Below, piece after piece: positions 14,176 to 36,253 of a stretch of 64,000 nucleotides of DNA. How positions within the stretch are numbered: the stretch's first letter is position 1; each line of letters opens with the position of its first letter. The position numbers and the translations under genes were made by a program. The DNA lies in assembly GCF_035594765.1 (NCBI RefSeq), contig NW_026943821.1, forward strand, positions 17,577,608 to 17,641,607. The letters are read 5' to 3'. Origin of the DNA: Anolis carolinensis. Taxonomy: Eukaryota. Below the pieces are notes generated by a model that saw nothing but the letters and a program-made list of their open reading frames with translations, ran no database searches and was not told the DNA's origin.

Positions 14176-14649
14176 CACTTTTTTATGTGGAAGAGTAGCA
14201 CCTCAAACAATTGGAAGTGCTTTAAGATTAACAGTTGGAAATGTTCTCAGAATGCTCTGACTCGTTAACTAACATATATTAGCCCAGCATCTCTAGGTTA
14301 AGTCAAGTTATCCAGCAGACGCCGATGGAGACTTGTGCTGTATCAAGAAATGTGTGTAATTTTCTCTGCACTAGCAGGATTTTATTTGAGGCAACATGTT
14401 CTTTGCAGGTGTTAAATTAAAATAAATGTTAACATGCCAGAGAGAATACAGATCAGATCAAATCTTTATTTATGGTCAATGACCAGTATAGAATCCCACC
14501 TTACAATCATCCATCCACATCAGTAGAGTGTGTACATTAGGTTAGGATATAGATTAAAATTTACCACCATTATAAAAGATAGTCATAAGACCCTACACTG
14601 ACTATAGGTTTCAAAAAGATAACCTAGACCCTAAATTTATATCATGTTA

Positions 14650-14651
<2 letters not shown>

Positions 14652-14695
<44 letters not shown>

Positions 14696-14820
14696 CAATA
14701 ATGAATTTGTTACCCGCCTCTCCATGCACCTTGAGGGAGAATACAACACCATTAAAACAAGAGATAAAACATTTTTAAAGGACATTCAAAAAGGTACACA
14801 GTTAAAATACAAAAATATCT
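14652..14820 (-). repeat. (AAT)n microsatellite plus L2-type tail
   Basis: About 16 AAT/AAC units followed by TTTGTTACCCGCCTCTCC. Confidence 0.6.
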
Positions 14821-15083
14821 ACTGATAAGATTTGCCAGAAGAAGGAAAAACATTTGGCCTGTTCACTGAAATTTGATAAAAAGAACATTGATTTAGATTT
14901 AATAAGAGATAACAAGTCAGCAATGGAAACTATGGGGTTTGTGGAATATTCTTCATTGGAGATTTCCAAGAGAAAGGACTGAGTGAGCATCAGAGTGGGC
15001 ATCAGCCCAGAATGCTTTTGGCAGGGGATTCAATTAGACATCTCAAGGGATCCCTTAAAAATCTGGGGCCTGAGATTCTGATA

Positions 15084-15393
15084 AAAGGTAAAGGTTTCCC
15101 CTGACGTTAAGTCCATTCATGTCTGACTCTGGGGGTTGGTGCTCATCTCTATTTCTAAGCCGAAGAGCCAGCGTTGTCCGTAGACACCTCCAAGGTCATG
15201 TGGCCAGCATGACTGCATGGAGTGTCGTTACCTTCCCGCCAAAGCGGTACCTATTGATCTACTCACATTGGCATGTTTTCGAACTGCTAGGTTGGCAGGA
15301 GCTGGAGCTAACAGCGGCCGCTCCCGGGGTTTGAACCTGGGACCTTTCGGTCTCCAGCTCAGTGCTTTAACGCACTTGGCCACCGGGACTCCT
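15084..15393 (-). mobile_element. Sauria SINE
   Basis: (ACCTTT)n tail on the minus strand, conserved body and tRNA-like head. TSD gattctgata at 15074-15083 and 15394-15403. Confidence 0.9.
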
Positions 15394-16078
15394 GATTCTG
15401 ATAGATGACCAGAATTTGAATACCCATAGAGCCTATGGTTTGTCTTAGTTGAATTAGCAGAATTATTAGAATTAGCAGTGGTCTTAGAATAGGACATCAT
15501 AGGCATGTTAACCATTTGTCAGAAGGTTCTGCCCTGGTCAGAATCCTTGATTTAACCCCTGTCTATTTTCTTTCAAAAGGTTTTACTGACAGACTGAACA
15601 TGTAGTAATAGTGGTGATCCTGGACCAAATTCAGAGTAGGGGAAATAGAAGCAAGCAGATTGCTCTAGAATGAAGAACTGGTTTGAAATCTAAGCCTGCC
15701 TTTCTTGCCCTAAGTTCTGAGTTACGATGATGGCACCCTTTTCTGCGCAAGCTGAATTGTAGACTGCCATTTGCTTTCATATTCCTCTCCTTTGTTGGTC
15801 TTACATTTTAGTAGTTCATTACATATTCATGACATGATATCCAATGATATAAAGCATTTCTAGGAATCACTGGGATTAGGCATCCATGCTGGAATGTATA
15901 CAATTTGGATCTTCTGTTATATTGTGATAGGGAGTTCTATTTCCCTATTGCTGTGGCCTAACAACTAGATATGAAAGTTTTCATGGCACATCCTGAATCA
16001 ATACATTACAGGATCATGCAGAAAGTCTTACACAGCAGGCATTCAGACATTTCAACACTCCAGCAACTAAACTATTTT

Positions 16079-16270
16079 CAGGGTTGTATGTTTTCCGGGC
16101 TTTATGGCCATGTTCCAGAAGTATTCTCTCCTGACGTTTCGCCCACATCTATGGCAGGCCATAGATGTGGGTGAAACATCAGGAGAGAATACTTCTGGAA
16201 CATGGCCTTACAGCCCGGAAAACATACAACAACCCTGTGATCCCGGCCATGAAAGCCTTTGACAGCACAT
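16079..16270. mobile_element. Penelope-like element terminal fragment, inverted (fold-back)
   Basis: Near-perfect inverted repeat of the GGCGAAACGTCAGGAGAGAATACTTCTGGAACATGGCC segment also seen at 48152, 57900 and 62616. The ribozyme CUGANGA core is absent here. Confidence 0.75.
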
Positions 16271-17954
16271 TAAACTTGGGTTGACCCTTTATGAACTGTA
16301 AAAGTATAAGCCTGACAGATTCTTGATGAGGAAGAGAGAGACTGATGCACTTAAGGTGCTGAAAATTTTTATTGTGCTTTATTGTCTTTCTATTTCTTAA
16401 CAAAATTGAAACAAAGTGCGGCCATCCCTAAGATTTAACCAACCTTCAGGCATGGCTAGTGCATAGTTTGCAAGCTTGGATGTAACACTAAACTCTGTTT
16501 TGTTGCAAAAGAGGACTGCCATATGGTCTAAAAAGGGGACTAACTCACCAAAGACCAAAACTCTGGGTTCCTATTATATCTGAAACAGACTTGAGATAAA
16601 CTGACCAAATAAGACAGATAGAGCTGGGAGTCAATTTCCTGTCCCTGAAATCCTCAAGGTCTACTTAAAAACCCCTCATGACCCACCTCGGATTTTGAAA
16701 ATGACTATTTTTAATGTTAAGTATAAAGGGGCTCAGGTATTGTTTAAAAGATGGATCATCATGTCCTTTAGTGGAGGTGGGTCAGAAAAAGTGTATGGAG
16801 ATAGTGAAGTAACCACAGGAACAAGCTTGGAGTCCTGCGTTTTGCCCACTCCTGAGCTCAGGACAGGGAACAGTGGTAGCCAAGGAGTGGATGAAAGTGT
16901 ATTTAAATACAATTTTCATATGTAAGCAAAATAGTTTGTCAAACAGAATGCAGTTCACTTTTCATAAAATATAGTTTTGTTTGGCTCGGTTTATGTTCTG
17001 TTGGCATAAATGCCCCTAAAATGTAATGAGTAATATTTTATACAAATTGGGTTCCCACTCCCCATTTTGCTTTTATTCTCCTAATTTATTTTTGTTAATT
17101 TTGCAACATTGTGTTTCCCAATATGCATTTTATTCCAGAAAAGATACAAACAATGAACCAACTCACAAGTGTGTGAATCATTTCTGGCAGGATTCATTAG
17201 GAACTAGTGTTCAACAACTAAAGTTTTAGTGTTAAATAAAATCTGTAAATAATAGTTGCTGATATAGAATTGATATTGAGCTGTCAGTAGGAAAAATGGT
17301 TTGCATATATCAAGGAATCTTTCAGAACAAAGATTGGGGCTAGGTGGTACCTTTCATGAAGGTGACAGTAAATTGCCTTGATTTAAGAACAGATAAAAAA
17401 AGTGCCAGCCAAGAAGTGAATAGTTTCTCATTTGGATATTTGAAAAAATTGAGTCCCTTGCAAAATGATATTGTGCATATACAGATATGTAACTTTTCAT
17501 CTAGAAGATCATTATATACTGCATCATTGAGCAATTTTGTTTAGTTGTCCCATTACACCTTCAAGAAATGAATGTCTGAAATCACCACTATTTAACTGGT
17601 AGTTCGCACAATAATTGTTACTTAGAAAACAAATTTAGAATTGTTTGTGGCCATACATCCACCAATTCATATGCAATCAGAGAAATTCAGTACATGTTCA
17701 TAAATGCCTTCTTTATAAGACAAAATATTAGTAATTACTTTTGCAAATTATCATGGACCTTTCTCAAACGCCTGTTGCCTCATAACGCTTTGGAAGAATA
17801 AGATAATTAACCTATTGGAAGCTAGTACCAATAGGCTAATAACTTTAGTTCAAGGAAATAAATTGTGACATTTAGGTATTAGAAAAGAGAAGTTGGGAAT
17901 TGGCACGTTTCAGCCTTCTCCATAGTGGTATCTTTGGACTGCATTTAGAAACCT

Positions 17955-18085
17955 TTTGTCAGCTGTTCCTCTGATCAGTTTCCACTTGGTCATGGCATGT
18001 AAACCAGCTGTTTGCTTTGATCCAGCCAAGAGAGCATTTCATGCCCACTGACCTTCCATAGCCTCTGCAATGACAGCTGTGTAGC
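17955..18085 (+). promoter_or_regulatory. E-box cluster, candidate myogenic promoter/enhancer of the alternative DYRK1B first exon
   Basis: CAGCTG at 17960, 18005 and 18074 plus CACTTG at 17983, about 180-300 bp upstream of the alternative ATG at 18257. Confidence 0.5.
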
Positions 18086-18256
18086 ACTGCTTTCTGGTTA
18101 GCTCACTGTGGCTTTAAGACATGCTCTTGCGGGAACAAAACCTGGGCAAGTATTCTTCAAAAAGTCTGGCTGTGGACTACAGTGGATTGTGTGGGCTTGG
18201 AAAAGAAGGGCTTTTCCTATGGTGATCCCATTCAGTACTGCAACTCAGCTCATGCA

Positions 18257-18344
18257 ATGCTGTTGACATTGCAAACACACTGGGCCCGACAGGAGCCTTC
18301 CAGCTTTCTGCCTTCAGCCTGTTACAACAGGAAAATGGTTACAG
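18257..18344 (+). CDS. DYRK1B: DYRK1B alternative N-terminal coding exon (exon 1B / p75-like): MLLTLQTHWARQEPSSFLPSACYNRKMVT(G)
   Basis: Strong donor ACAG|GTAAGG in phase 1. It joins in frame to the stop-free 83 nt preceding the ATG in exon 2 (24212-24294). The ML....HW start resembles recalled mammalian p75, and MVTG|G resembles DYRK1A MHTG|G. Confidence 0.65.
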
Positions 18345-21119
18345 GTAAGGTTTGTAACAAATTGAAGAGTGATATATAATCTTTTAGTTAGAAGCTTGTC
18401 ATATGTTCTGAGGCTGCGTCAGTGAATGACAGAGGCTTTTGGAGGAGAGGAGGTTGAAGAATATGTTTCTATGATTGGAGAAGGAGAAGGATGCTAGAAA
18501 ATGCATAGGGGAAACCTTTTTCCTTGTGAGATTACAGTTGGGGAGATTACCCTTGTGAAATGACTTAGCATGGTCATGGCAGAATCTGGAATCATTTAGG
18601 AAAGAGAAGTCAAGAACTCATGGTTTTAATTAGTGGGAGATGATGCGGCATTGCATTTAAGAATGCAAGGGATAGCTTGTCTTCAGTGGTGTAATAGTAT
18701 GGTTTTAAAAACCATAGTAGGATGAAATAGGGCTTTGGGGCTATATGACTCAGTTTAGTGAAAAGCGGCAAAGTTTAAATAAATTTCTAAGGATAAACAT
18801 AAAGGAGAAAATGTGTACCACTTGTCAGTATTATATCACAAGTAGCTTGTATTACTACAGTGTAGAGCAGGAATTGGCATGGAAGTGGCCGTTTGTTTCA
18901 TATGTGCTTTAATGAACTTTGAAACTCTATCCCCCCCCATTACAGAATTGCCTGATCTTTGTAGATTAGGAAGTTGTACAGTAGCGAGTTCTCTTTTACT
19001 TTGCAAACTGATGAAAACATTTTTGCAAGATTTTCCCTGTCAAGATACCTGCAGTGTTTTCTAACTTGAGTGTGGTCCGAAACATATTGTTGATAGAAAG
19101 TATGTCTTGTAAAAAAAAGATGATGGTATACTAGAGGGATAAAATTCCATTTGTATTTAAATATATTAGCACACATTCCCCATCCTTCCAATATAATGGA
19201 GATATACCCCATTTTGTTAACTTTATTCATAATCACTTCATGCGATTGGTAAAGGAGTCTGAAATAGGGTGTTGAAAATAAATTATACAAGTAACTATGT
19301 GTAATTATGATTCTGTAATAGGTTTTATTAATTGTCACAGTTGGTTGAGGAATGGAAATTAGGGGACCAGTGTTTGTGGGGCAAAGGCAGAATATGAACC
19401 ATAGAAACTATGAAAGGCCAGGGGGCTCCTACCGCTATTACAGGGCTCACTGGATACTGTCTATATACTTACAAATTCCCTCCACCATCAGAGTTTTAAA
19501 AACTGCTTTTGAACAATGGAATCTAAGATCAACAGTTTCCCTACTTTTCACAAGAATCTGGAATGCCTACAGATTGTTCATAACCCTTTTTTACTAATTA
19601 AGATATCTCTTCATTAAATGGAGAAGTTGATCCTTAACAAGCAGGAGACTATTGAAAGATAGATTCTAAGCAAGCAGGAGATTATTCAAGTAGATTATAT
19701 AGATAGACATTGTATCATTCTGATAAGAAATGCATGAGTAACCTTTGAGTCAGGCTGAGTTGGAAAAGATTTTCCATACCTTTCTTCTGAGTGAAGACTT
19801 GTACCATCACATACTTATTAAACCCGATGGTATATCTTCATTTGTACGTTCCTCCTTTCAGGAAGGGGGGGTGGAGTTGGTTTTTTTAATCTGTTAGTTA
19901 AGCACACTTTTTCAGAGGCAAGAAGCTAACTCCAGCAGCCTCTTACTCTTTAGACAGAATTGTAACCTCAACTCATCTGTATCAGATAGAATCATAACTT
20001 CAAAGTCCTTTCATCATTCATTGTCTCTGTTAAAAAAATATGTGGGTGCCATCAGTTTGTGTTGGAGGGTTGCTGTACTCTCAAGGATCAGATGTAGAAG
20101 CACACCAAGCAGTTTTCTCCCTAACAAGTTATTGCTGGTCTAGGTTTTGGTCTCGGCTAGGAATAGAAACGGTTAGCTCTGACAGCCTGTCTGCTGCAGT
20201 ATCCCATTCCAGCCACTCAACACATCCCTTCCATATCTAAGAATAGAACTTACTAGTTCTGATGGTTGCTGAGGCACCAACAGTAGCAATAAAATTGCAT
20301 TTTATGTGAAAAATGAACATCATCTAGGCCAACAGTACCTATATTTCTAAAAGGACAGATTTTCTTCTGTTAGATATCACTGAGATACAGAAGAGTATGA
20401 CACTTGTAACCTCAGTTTTGGAGGCTTCACAGATCCATATTCTATATTCCTTCAGTGCTCTCTGTAATTTGTTTATAATGAGAGTTCTGTTTGGATCCAC
20501 TGTCTGTGGTGGTTTGCCTTGAGGCAGAAAACCAATGTGCATTGGGAGTTAGACTGGACATAGAGCATCAAATTCAAGTCCGTGTCTAATAACAGAGCTT
20601 ACTTTAACTGTTTTGATGGAAATTGTACTCCTTAATTTAATTCTTGCAACTTGGTAAGAGGATAAAAATGTAAGTTGAGGTTTGGTACATGGGTACATAA
20701 TGATATAATGAGCTAGATGTTCAGTACTTAGTTTAAGTTTATTCTGTTACTTAATCTCAATTATATCACAGCTACCTTTCAATATGAATACTTGGAAACA
20801 ATTAATAGTCATAACCCAGTAGCTTCAGCCCATTTGCTTTCTCATAATTTTAATTTGTAAAAAGTTCTGTGTAAGTTGCTCAACAGAAATAGTAGCTACT
20901 TTGGAAAATAGGAATAGTAATAGCACTAGTTTTGGATAGTGTAAGATATAATCTAAAATAGAGGGAGTGAAAGGACAATTATATTACTGCATCTATAATT
21001 ATTTGAATGAGAAGACACTGTGTAGTGGGGTGTCATAAACGCCACACATTTAATCTAGGCACATTCAAGGCCAGAGGATTCCTCTTGCTGTTACAGTACT
21101 CACTAGATACCGTCTATAT

Positions 21120-21374
21120 CAGGGGTCCCCAAACTTTTTAAACAGGGGGGTAGTTCACGATCCTTCGGACCATTGGAGGGCCGGACTATAGTTGGCCACT
21201 GAGCAATAACAACAACAACAACAAACAACAACAACAACAACAACAAAGAGTGTTGGAAGAGACCCTTTGGGCCATTGAGTCCAATCCCCTTCTGCCTTTG
21301 TGCACCGAAAGCACAAGCAAAGCACCCCTGACAGATGGCCACCCAGCCTCAATGATTATAATCATAATAATAGC

Positions 21375-21425
<51 letters not shown>

Positions 21426-21980
21426 GAGGGTTGGAAGAGACCCTTTGGGCTATTGAGTCCAATCCCCTTCTGCCTTTGTGCACCGAAAGCACAAGCAAAG
21501 CACCCCTGACAGATGGCCACCGAGCCTCAATGTTAATAGTAATAATAATAATAATAATAATAAAGAGGTTTGGAGGAGACCCTTTGGGCTATTGAGTCCA
21601 ATCCCCTTCTGCCTTTGTGCACCGAAAGCACAAGCAAAGCACCCCTGACAGATGGCCACCCAGCCTTAATGTTAATAATAATAATAACAACAACAACAAC
21701 AACAACAAAGAGTGTTGGAAGAGACCCTTTGGGCCATTGAGTCCAATCCCCTTCTGCCTTTGTGCACCGAAAGCACAAGCAAAGCACCCCTGACAGATGG
21801 CCACCCAGCCTTAATGTTAATAATAATAATAACAACAACAACAACAACAACAAGGGTTGGAAGAGAAGAGACCCCTTGGGTTATTTAGCCCAACCCCCTT
21901 CTGCCCTTGTGCCGTGGGGGCCAGATAAATGGCTTTGATGGGCCGCATCCGGCCCCCGGGCCTTAGTTTGGGGACCCCTG
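21120..21980. mobile_element. Non-autonomous hAT element with internal tandem array
   Basis: TIRs CAGGGGTCCCCAAACT / AGTTTGGGGACCCCTG. Perfect 8-bp TSD gtctatat (21112-21119, 21981-21988). About 4.5 internal repeat units separated by AAT/AAC tracts. Confidence 0.92.
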
Positions 21981-22082
21981 GTCTATATACTTTCGAATTC
22001 TCTCCACCATCAGAGCTTTAAAATCTGCTCTTGAACAATGAAATCTTAAGATCAACAGTTTCCCTACTTTTCACAACAACCC

Positions 22083-22265
22083 TAGAGTTGTGGTTATGTT
22101 GAACTCATCGTTTCGCATTGATGTGGCATGGGGGCTGTGCGGTGATGGTTAGGGTGTGGAGGGATGGGTGTGTTTTGTGGTGTGTGCTGGGGAAGGCATT
22201 TAATTTCGTTGTGCAATAGCACAATGACAATACAGTAAAGCTATTCTACTCTATTCTATTCTATT
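22083..22265 (+). mobile_element. Non-LTR retrotransposon 3' end, Rex1/Babar-like
   Basis: Ends CACAATGACAATAC..AAAGCTATTCTACTCTATTCTATTCTATT. A (CTATT)n tail is typical of Rex1/Babar. Confidence 0.45.
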
Positions 22266-24294
22266 CATGAACATGAAATCTCCAGGCTGTGTTTTGTATA
22301 TTCCTTTGACTTATGTAGTAAAATCCATTCATGTCTAGTGTAGAAAGTGTAGTGTAGAAAGCAATTAAATGAAACCGTAATTCACATTTGGAATTTAATG
22401 ATACCATAATTCATAACCCCATTATACATAGAATCTACATGCTATACAAATATCTCCATTAGTCCACATTCATTATTTTGACTCCTGATTAACATGACAG
22501 AGGTTAAGCTTATATTCCTTTTGAGTATATTCACAAAATGACATTTTAAAATTGCAATTTAGGCCTTTAAAAAAATTATGGGCCCTATCAAATAGGCTGG
22601 GTGTAGGTATATACTCTTAAGTGGAAACGATGGAGAAGAATATTCTTATAACTTTTTTAAACTTCTGCTGCTGCCACTTATGATTTATGCCTTTAATTTC
22701 TAAAGTACTTTAGAATATTTATGAATGAAATGCCTTTCAGAAAATACAGATTATATGTGAAAAGTAAGCCCATGTAAGCCCTAAGGTTTGTGGTAGCCAT
22801 TTGTACCTAATGCTTCTTCCTGTGGGCTGCTGCCAGTGGGAGGCTAATGCATCTATTGTTATTTAATATGTTTATTTAACATGCAAGTGAATAGCAACCA
22901 TTTCTCCTACATGCAGAATGTCCCATAAAGGGTATGTGCAAGTTTGTGTATTGTATATATTTAATGTTCCATTAATGTCCATAGCTTTGACATTTTGAAT
23001 CTAAGTGGTAAATAAATAAATAAGGATCTATGATCAATTTCTGGCATCGTTAGTAACAGAATCTGAGCACGGACCTGTGAAATACCTCTATCAGTGGTCT
23101 TAGACATCTGTTTGCCTGTCAGAGTAGATAGTAAGTAGTCTGTTAGAAGAGATAATGGTCCATCTTGTATTCATGTGAAAAAACCCCCCGGTGTTCCCAC
23201 CCACCAATTTTTCCAGTTTTTTTCTAGGCCTTCCCATCTCTAGTCCTCACTGGGAAATTTTTATATTTCAAGTACCTGAAATTTGTGCAGAAATGTCCAG
23301 ATCCATAATATACATCATCCTGTGCATGATTAGTAAAGCTAGGACCTTAGTGGTCACTTTTTGCCACTTTGTAATATCTCTGTATTGCATCTGGGGTTGG
23401 AAATTCCTATGTGCACATAATATTTTTCAGGTAACTAATTGATCCCTGTATTCAGGCAAGATGTAAAACATTTTTGATGGGCATAGTTTTACAAAGTATT
23501 TTTAATGTGCAGAATGTTTTTTTTTTTGGTCATAAAATCATATTTGTTGGGGCAAAAAATTCCACAAGGTTAAAGTGTCTATCCTGGAAATGAGTTTCTC
23601 TTTAAAACAAGTACAGTACATAAAATAAGGTATTTTTTTTAATCTTGGAGAGATGAAGAATAAGGATGCATTCACCAGAAAGTGTGTGTGTATATTATGT
23701 GTGCGTGTGTATGTGTGCACGCACGCACACGCTTGACTGACCAAATAGAAGCTTCAGAATATCAAACTATTGCTGGGGGAAAACACTATGACTTTTGCAG
23801 CATTATGAACCTACAGGAGGTTACCAGAGAAGGGTCCCGGGTTGTAAACAGTCCCCATCAGTGAGATGTGGAGTGCCTTAATTCCTGCTTGTATGGATGT
23901 AGAGGTGCCTTAGTTCTTGTTTGTTTGCCTGGTTGACAAGGACTACCATGGCTGAACACTGTGCCCTGCCTGCAGTAGCAAGAACCTGTGATATACTCTG
24001 GCTGCATTGTAATAACTGTTTAAAACTCTTTGGATATCATTGAATAAAGGACTGATAGAATGCTGGGAGTTACTCATATGTCCCCCTTCCTTTCACTGCT
24101 GTTTCATACAAAGCTTAATGGACATAGTTAAAGCTGATAACCAATTAGTGGTTGTTCGCCTTTCAGCTATCTTTCAGTGAAAACACCAAAATCATTTTTT
24201 ATGTCCCATAGGTGGCAGCAGCACCCCACAATGCCAGCTGCCGCCCTGCAGCCAGGTTGCCTCTCTTGGCCGCTCTCTTCATACTGAGACAATC

Positions 24295-33556
<9,262 letters not shown>

Positions 33557-34117
33557 TGATGGACTGGCCCGGCAGGCTAGGAGCCAGTGCCCGGCAAGAG
33601 CACTCCCTTGTTGCACCAGAGCCTGGACGGGCCAGGACTGACTGTAGGGCAGGGAACCAGGGCCCACAGAGCACTTCTCCAGCTATGAGAGTCAGAGTGG
33701 GCCAGGACTTGCGGTGGGATGGGGTCAGGCTGCCTGGCTGTGACCAGTCTTGAGACCAGGCCCTCTTGCTACCCGGGAACGTGCTGCAAGCGGTAAGCAT
33801 TGTTGGGGGGGAGGGGAGGGGGGAATAGAGCAGGGGAAGCATGTGGAGCCAGCATCCTACCGCCCTTGCAGCCTGGATGCCACTTTCCTCCTTTTGGTCA
33901 GTGCTTTCTCTGAGTTGTGTGGTCCTTCCTGGCCACAGGCCCCTTGTGAATCACTCAGCGGCATGTGGCCTGACAGCCATTCCCTTCCCTGGTGCAAGAG
34001 ATTTCAACCTTCTGTGCTTGGATGGACATACAGACTCCTGTGCACTACGTGGACATATGGGCTTGGTGGCCTGTGTGGTCCCATGGGAATTGCTGCTAAA
34101 ACTTCCCCCTGCTTGGA

Positions 34118-34123
34118 AATAAA
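34118..34123 (+). terminator. Candidate proximal poly(A) signal of DYRK1B
   Basis: AATAAA about 560 nt after the stop, followed by U/GU-rich sequence. Use is unproven. Confidence 0.35.
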
Positions 34124-36253
34124 GGGTTGCCCCAACCAGCGAATGTTTATGCTGTCTCGTGCAGCCATCTTGGACCTGCCTTTTGTTATGTGTACATGAG
34201 GGGAGACAGTGCCTAGTTCTTTGCTCTGGCATCATTGGGGTATTGCCACAGTATCTTATTGAAGTGGCAAAGTGGGACCTGAGCTGGACCATGGCTGTGA
34301 ATTTTTAACTCTGCCTTAGGTAAGCTCATGCTTCTTTGCACAATATTCAGTCACCTGAACTCAGGCTGTTTCCTTACGATTCTGCTTTCTTGAAGTGTGG
34401 AAGCTGTGCAAAGAATGAAAGATGTGGCCTGTATTGTATCACAGTTCCTTATTCCTTGGCCCTTAACACACAAGCACACCAGTGTTGTTTTCATTTTTGC
34501 CTTTCTCGTATATATGTATGTATATAACATATGTATGAATGAAAGGCAAAAACACTTTAGCAGCAAGGCTGAAGTCTTCTGGAGAGCTATCCTCCACATT
34601 GCACTTGCAGGTTGTTTGCTAGGTGCTTAGTACTGTGTGCTGTGCAGCCAAGAACAGGGTTAATAGCTGGCCAGAATTAGAGGGGCTTGTGTGTTAGTAC
34701 TGTAATATAGCTGTGTCCTTTTCATGTTGAATGGTTCTGGCAACGTTTTCTTCTTTTAGCAGGATGAGACTCAGCTGAACCTTACAAATGAAGATGTTTT
34801 GTCTAGAAAAATGGCTATGGCCTGCACAGAACCTTGGAGTCACTTGTGTGTTTTAGCATAATACAATTACAACAAGTACAGTTTGTGCAAAGGCAAGTGA
34901 AAGCAAATTGCTTTTAAAGAAACTTGCCAGTAACGCTTGGACAAGAGGATAGCTGTTGCGGCCAGGGCCTATGTGCCCTGCCACTAGAGAGCAGTGGAAA
35001 GAGCTCTCAGGAAAAATGCAATGTGTTGATGAAGATGTGAGGTGATTGGATTTGGCTTGTGTTGGTGGTACCTAGCTTTTTTTAAGTCCAGAAATTGATA
35101 AAGAGTATATGCTAGCTGGGTGCTATCTATCATGTATGTACACAGCTACATTCAGGCCTATGCTCGCTGTAGAATAGCAGGGCATTTGATCCTGGGATTC
35201 AGTATCCTAAGAATCTCAGCTGTTTTCAAGAATCCATTTCTTCTTGTCCTGGTCATAAATACCAGTTGGAAAGTGCAGATAACTTGGCAGCTCCGTAGGA
35301 TTTCTGCTAGTCAGGACAGGGGTGTTACAATTCCCAGTGGTGCCTCTTGACCTCTTCTTTTTTTTCTTTCCCTCCCCAAAACAGTTATGTGAAACAAAAC
35401 ATATTTGTATAACTTACACAGGGTACAACATTTTCTCAGTGCAGCCATTTTGTTATTTAGAGCATAATACGCATATCCTTGAATATATAGAGAACAGAGG
35501 AGAGTTGAGAGTTTTAGTAGTCTGACATGATGCAGGGACACTGGTGTCCAGCCAACAAACATGGGTTGTAGTTGGGCTAAAAAGTATTTGATTGTGCTTC
35601 AGAACAAATGTCATATTCAATGGGAAATTTAATGGAGGCTCACTAGAACTTCTAAGAAAGAACTTGCTGCTGAAACAGAGAGAATCCTCAGCCATGGCCA
35701 CTCACTAGCATGCAAGTTCCCAGCTGTGCAGATTTTGCTACCCTTAATTTGTTACATTGAACCAAACAAGCTTTTATAGCCAGTTGCTTAACTTGGGAAT
35801 GTATTCCATTAGTTTTCTACCCCTATTTAAATGATAAATGTTTAGAAGTGATAATCTGAGGGTACTGTGTTCTTGCTCCCTGCCTGCCCCGTCATCACAT
35901 GGGGCTCAGCTTTCCATACAATCATCCATATCCTTCAGCGTGAGTTCACATAGTTAAAATGAAAGCAAATAGCTTTACCACCTCAAACTTGTCTCCTGTG
36001 TTTTAAATAATTGCCTGGGCTGGGAATCATTGCTGAGCTGGCAGCTGGCATGTTTCTGTTAGTAGTTGGCCACTATCATGGAGTATCTGAATTTCACTTT
36101 GTATTTAAAGATACACAGTTCTACTAAAACGTATCTTCAGACTGTATGCACTAAATATTTGTGCAAACGCACAAGAAAAGAAAAGAAATATGTTCATCTT
36201 TAATATCCCAGCCTTTCCACCTGCTCCAACAAAGGATATTTTTAAGAGACCTA

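Noticed and set aside
21245-21900. CRISPR-like repeat-spacer appearance
   Set aside because: The repeats are ~110-bp CR1-derived units, the spacers are AAT/AAC microsatellites, the context is vertebrate and there are no cas genes.
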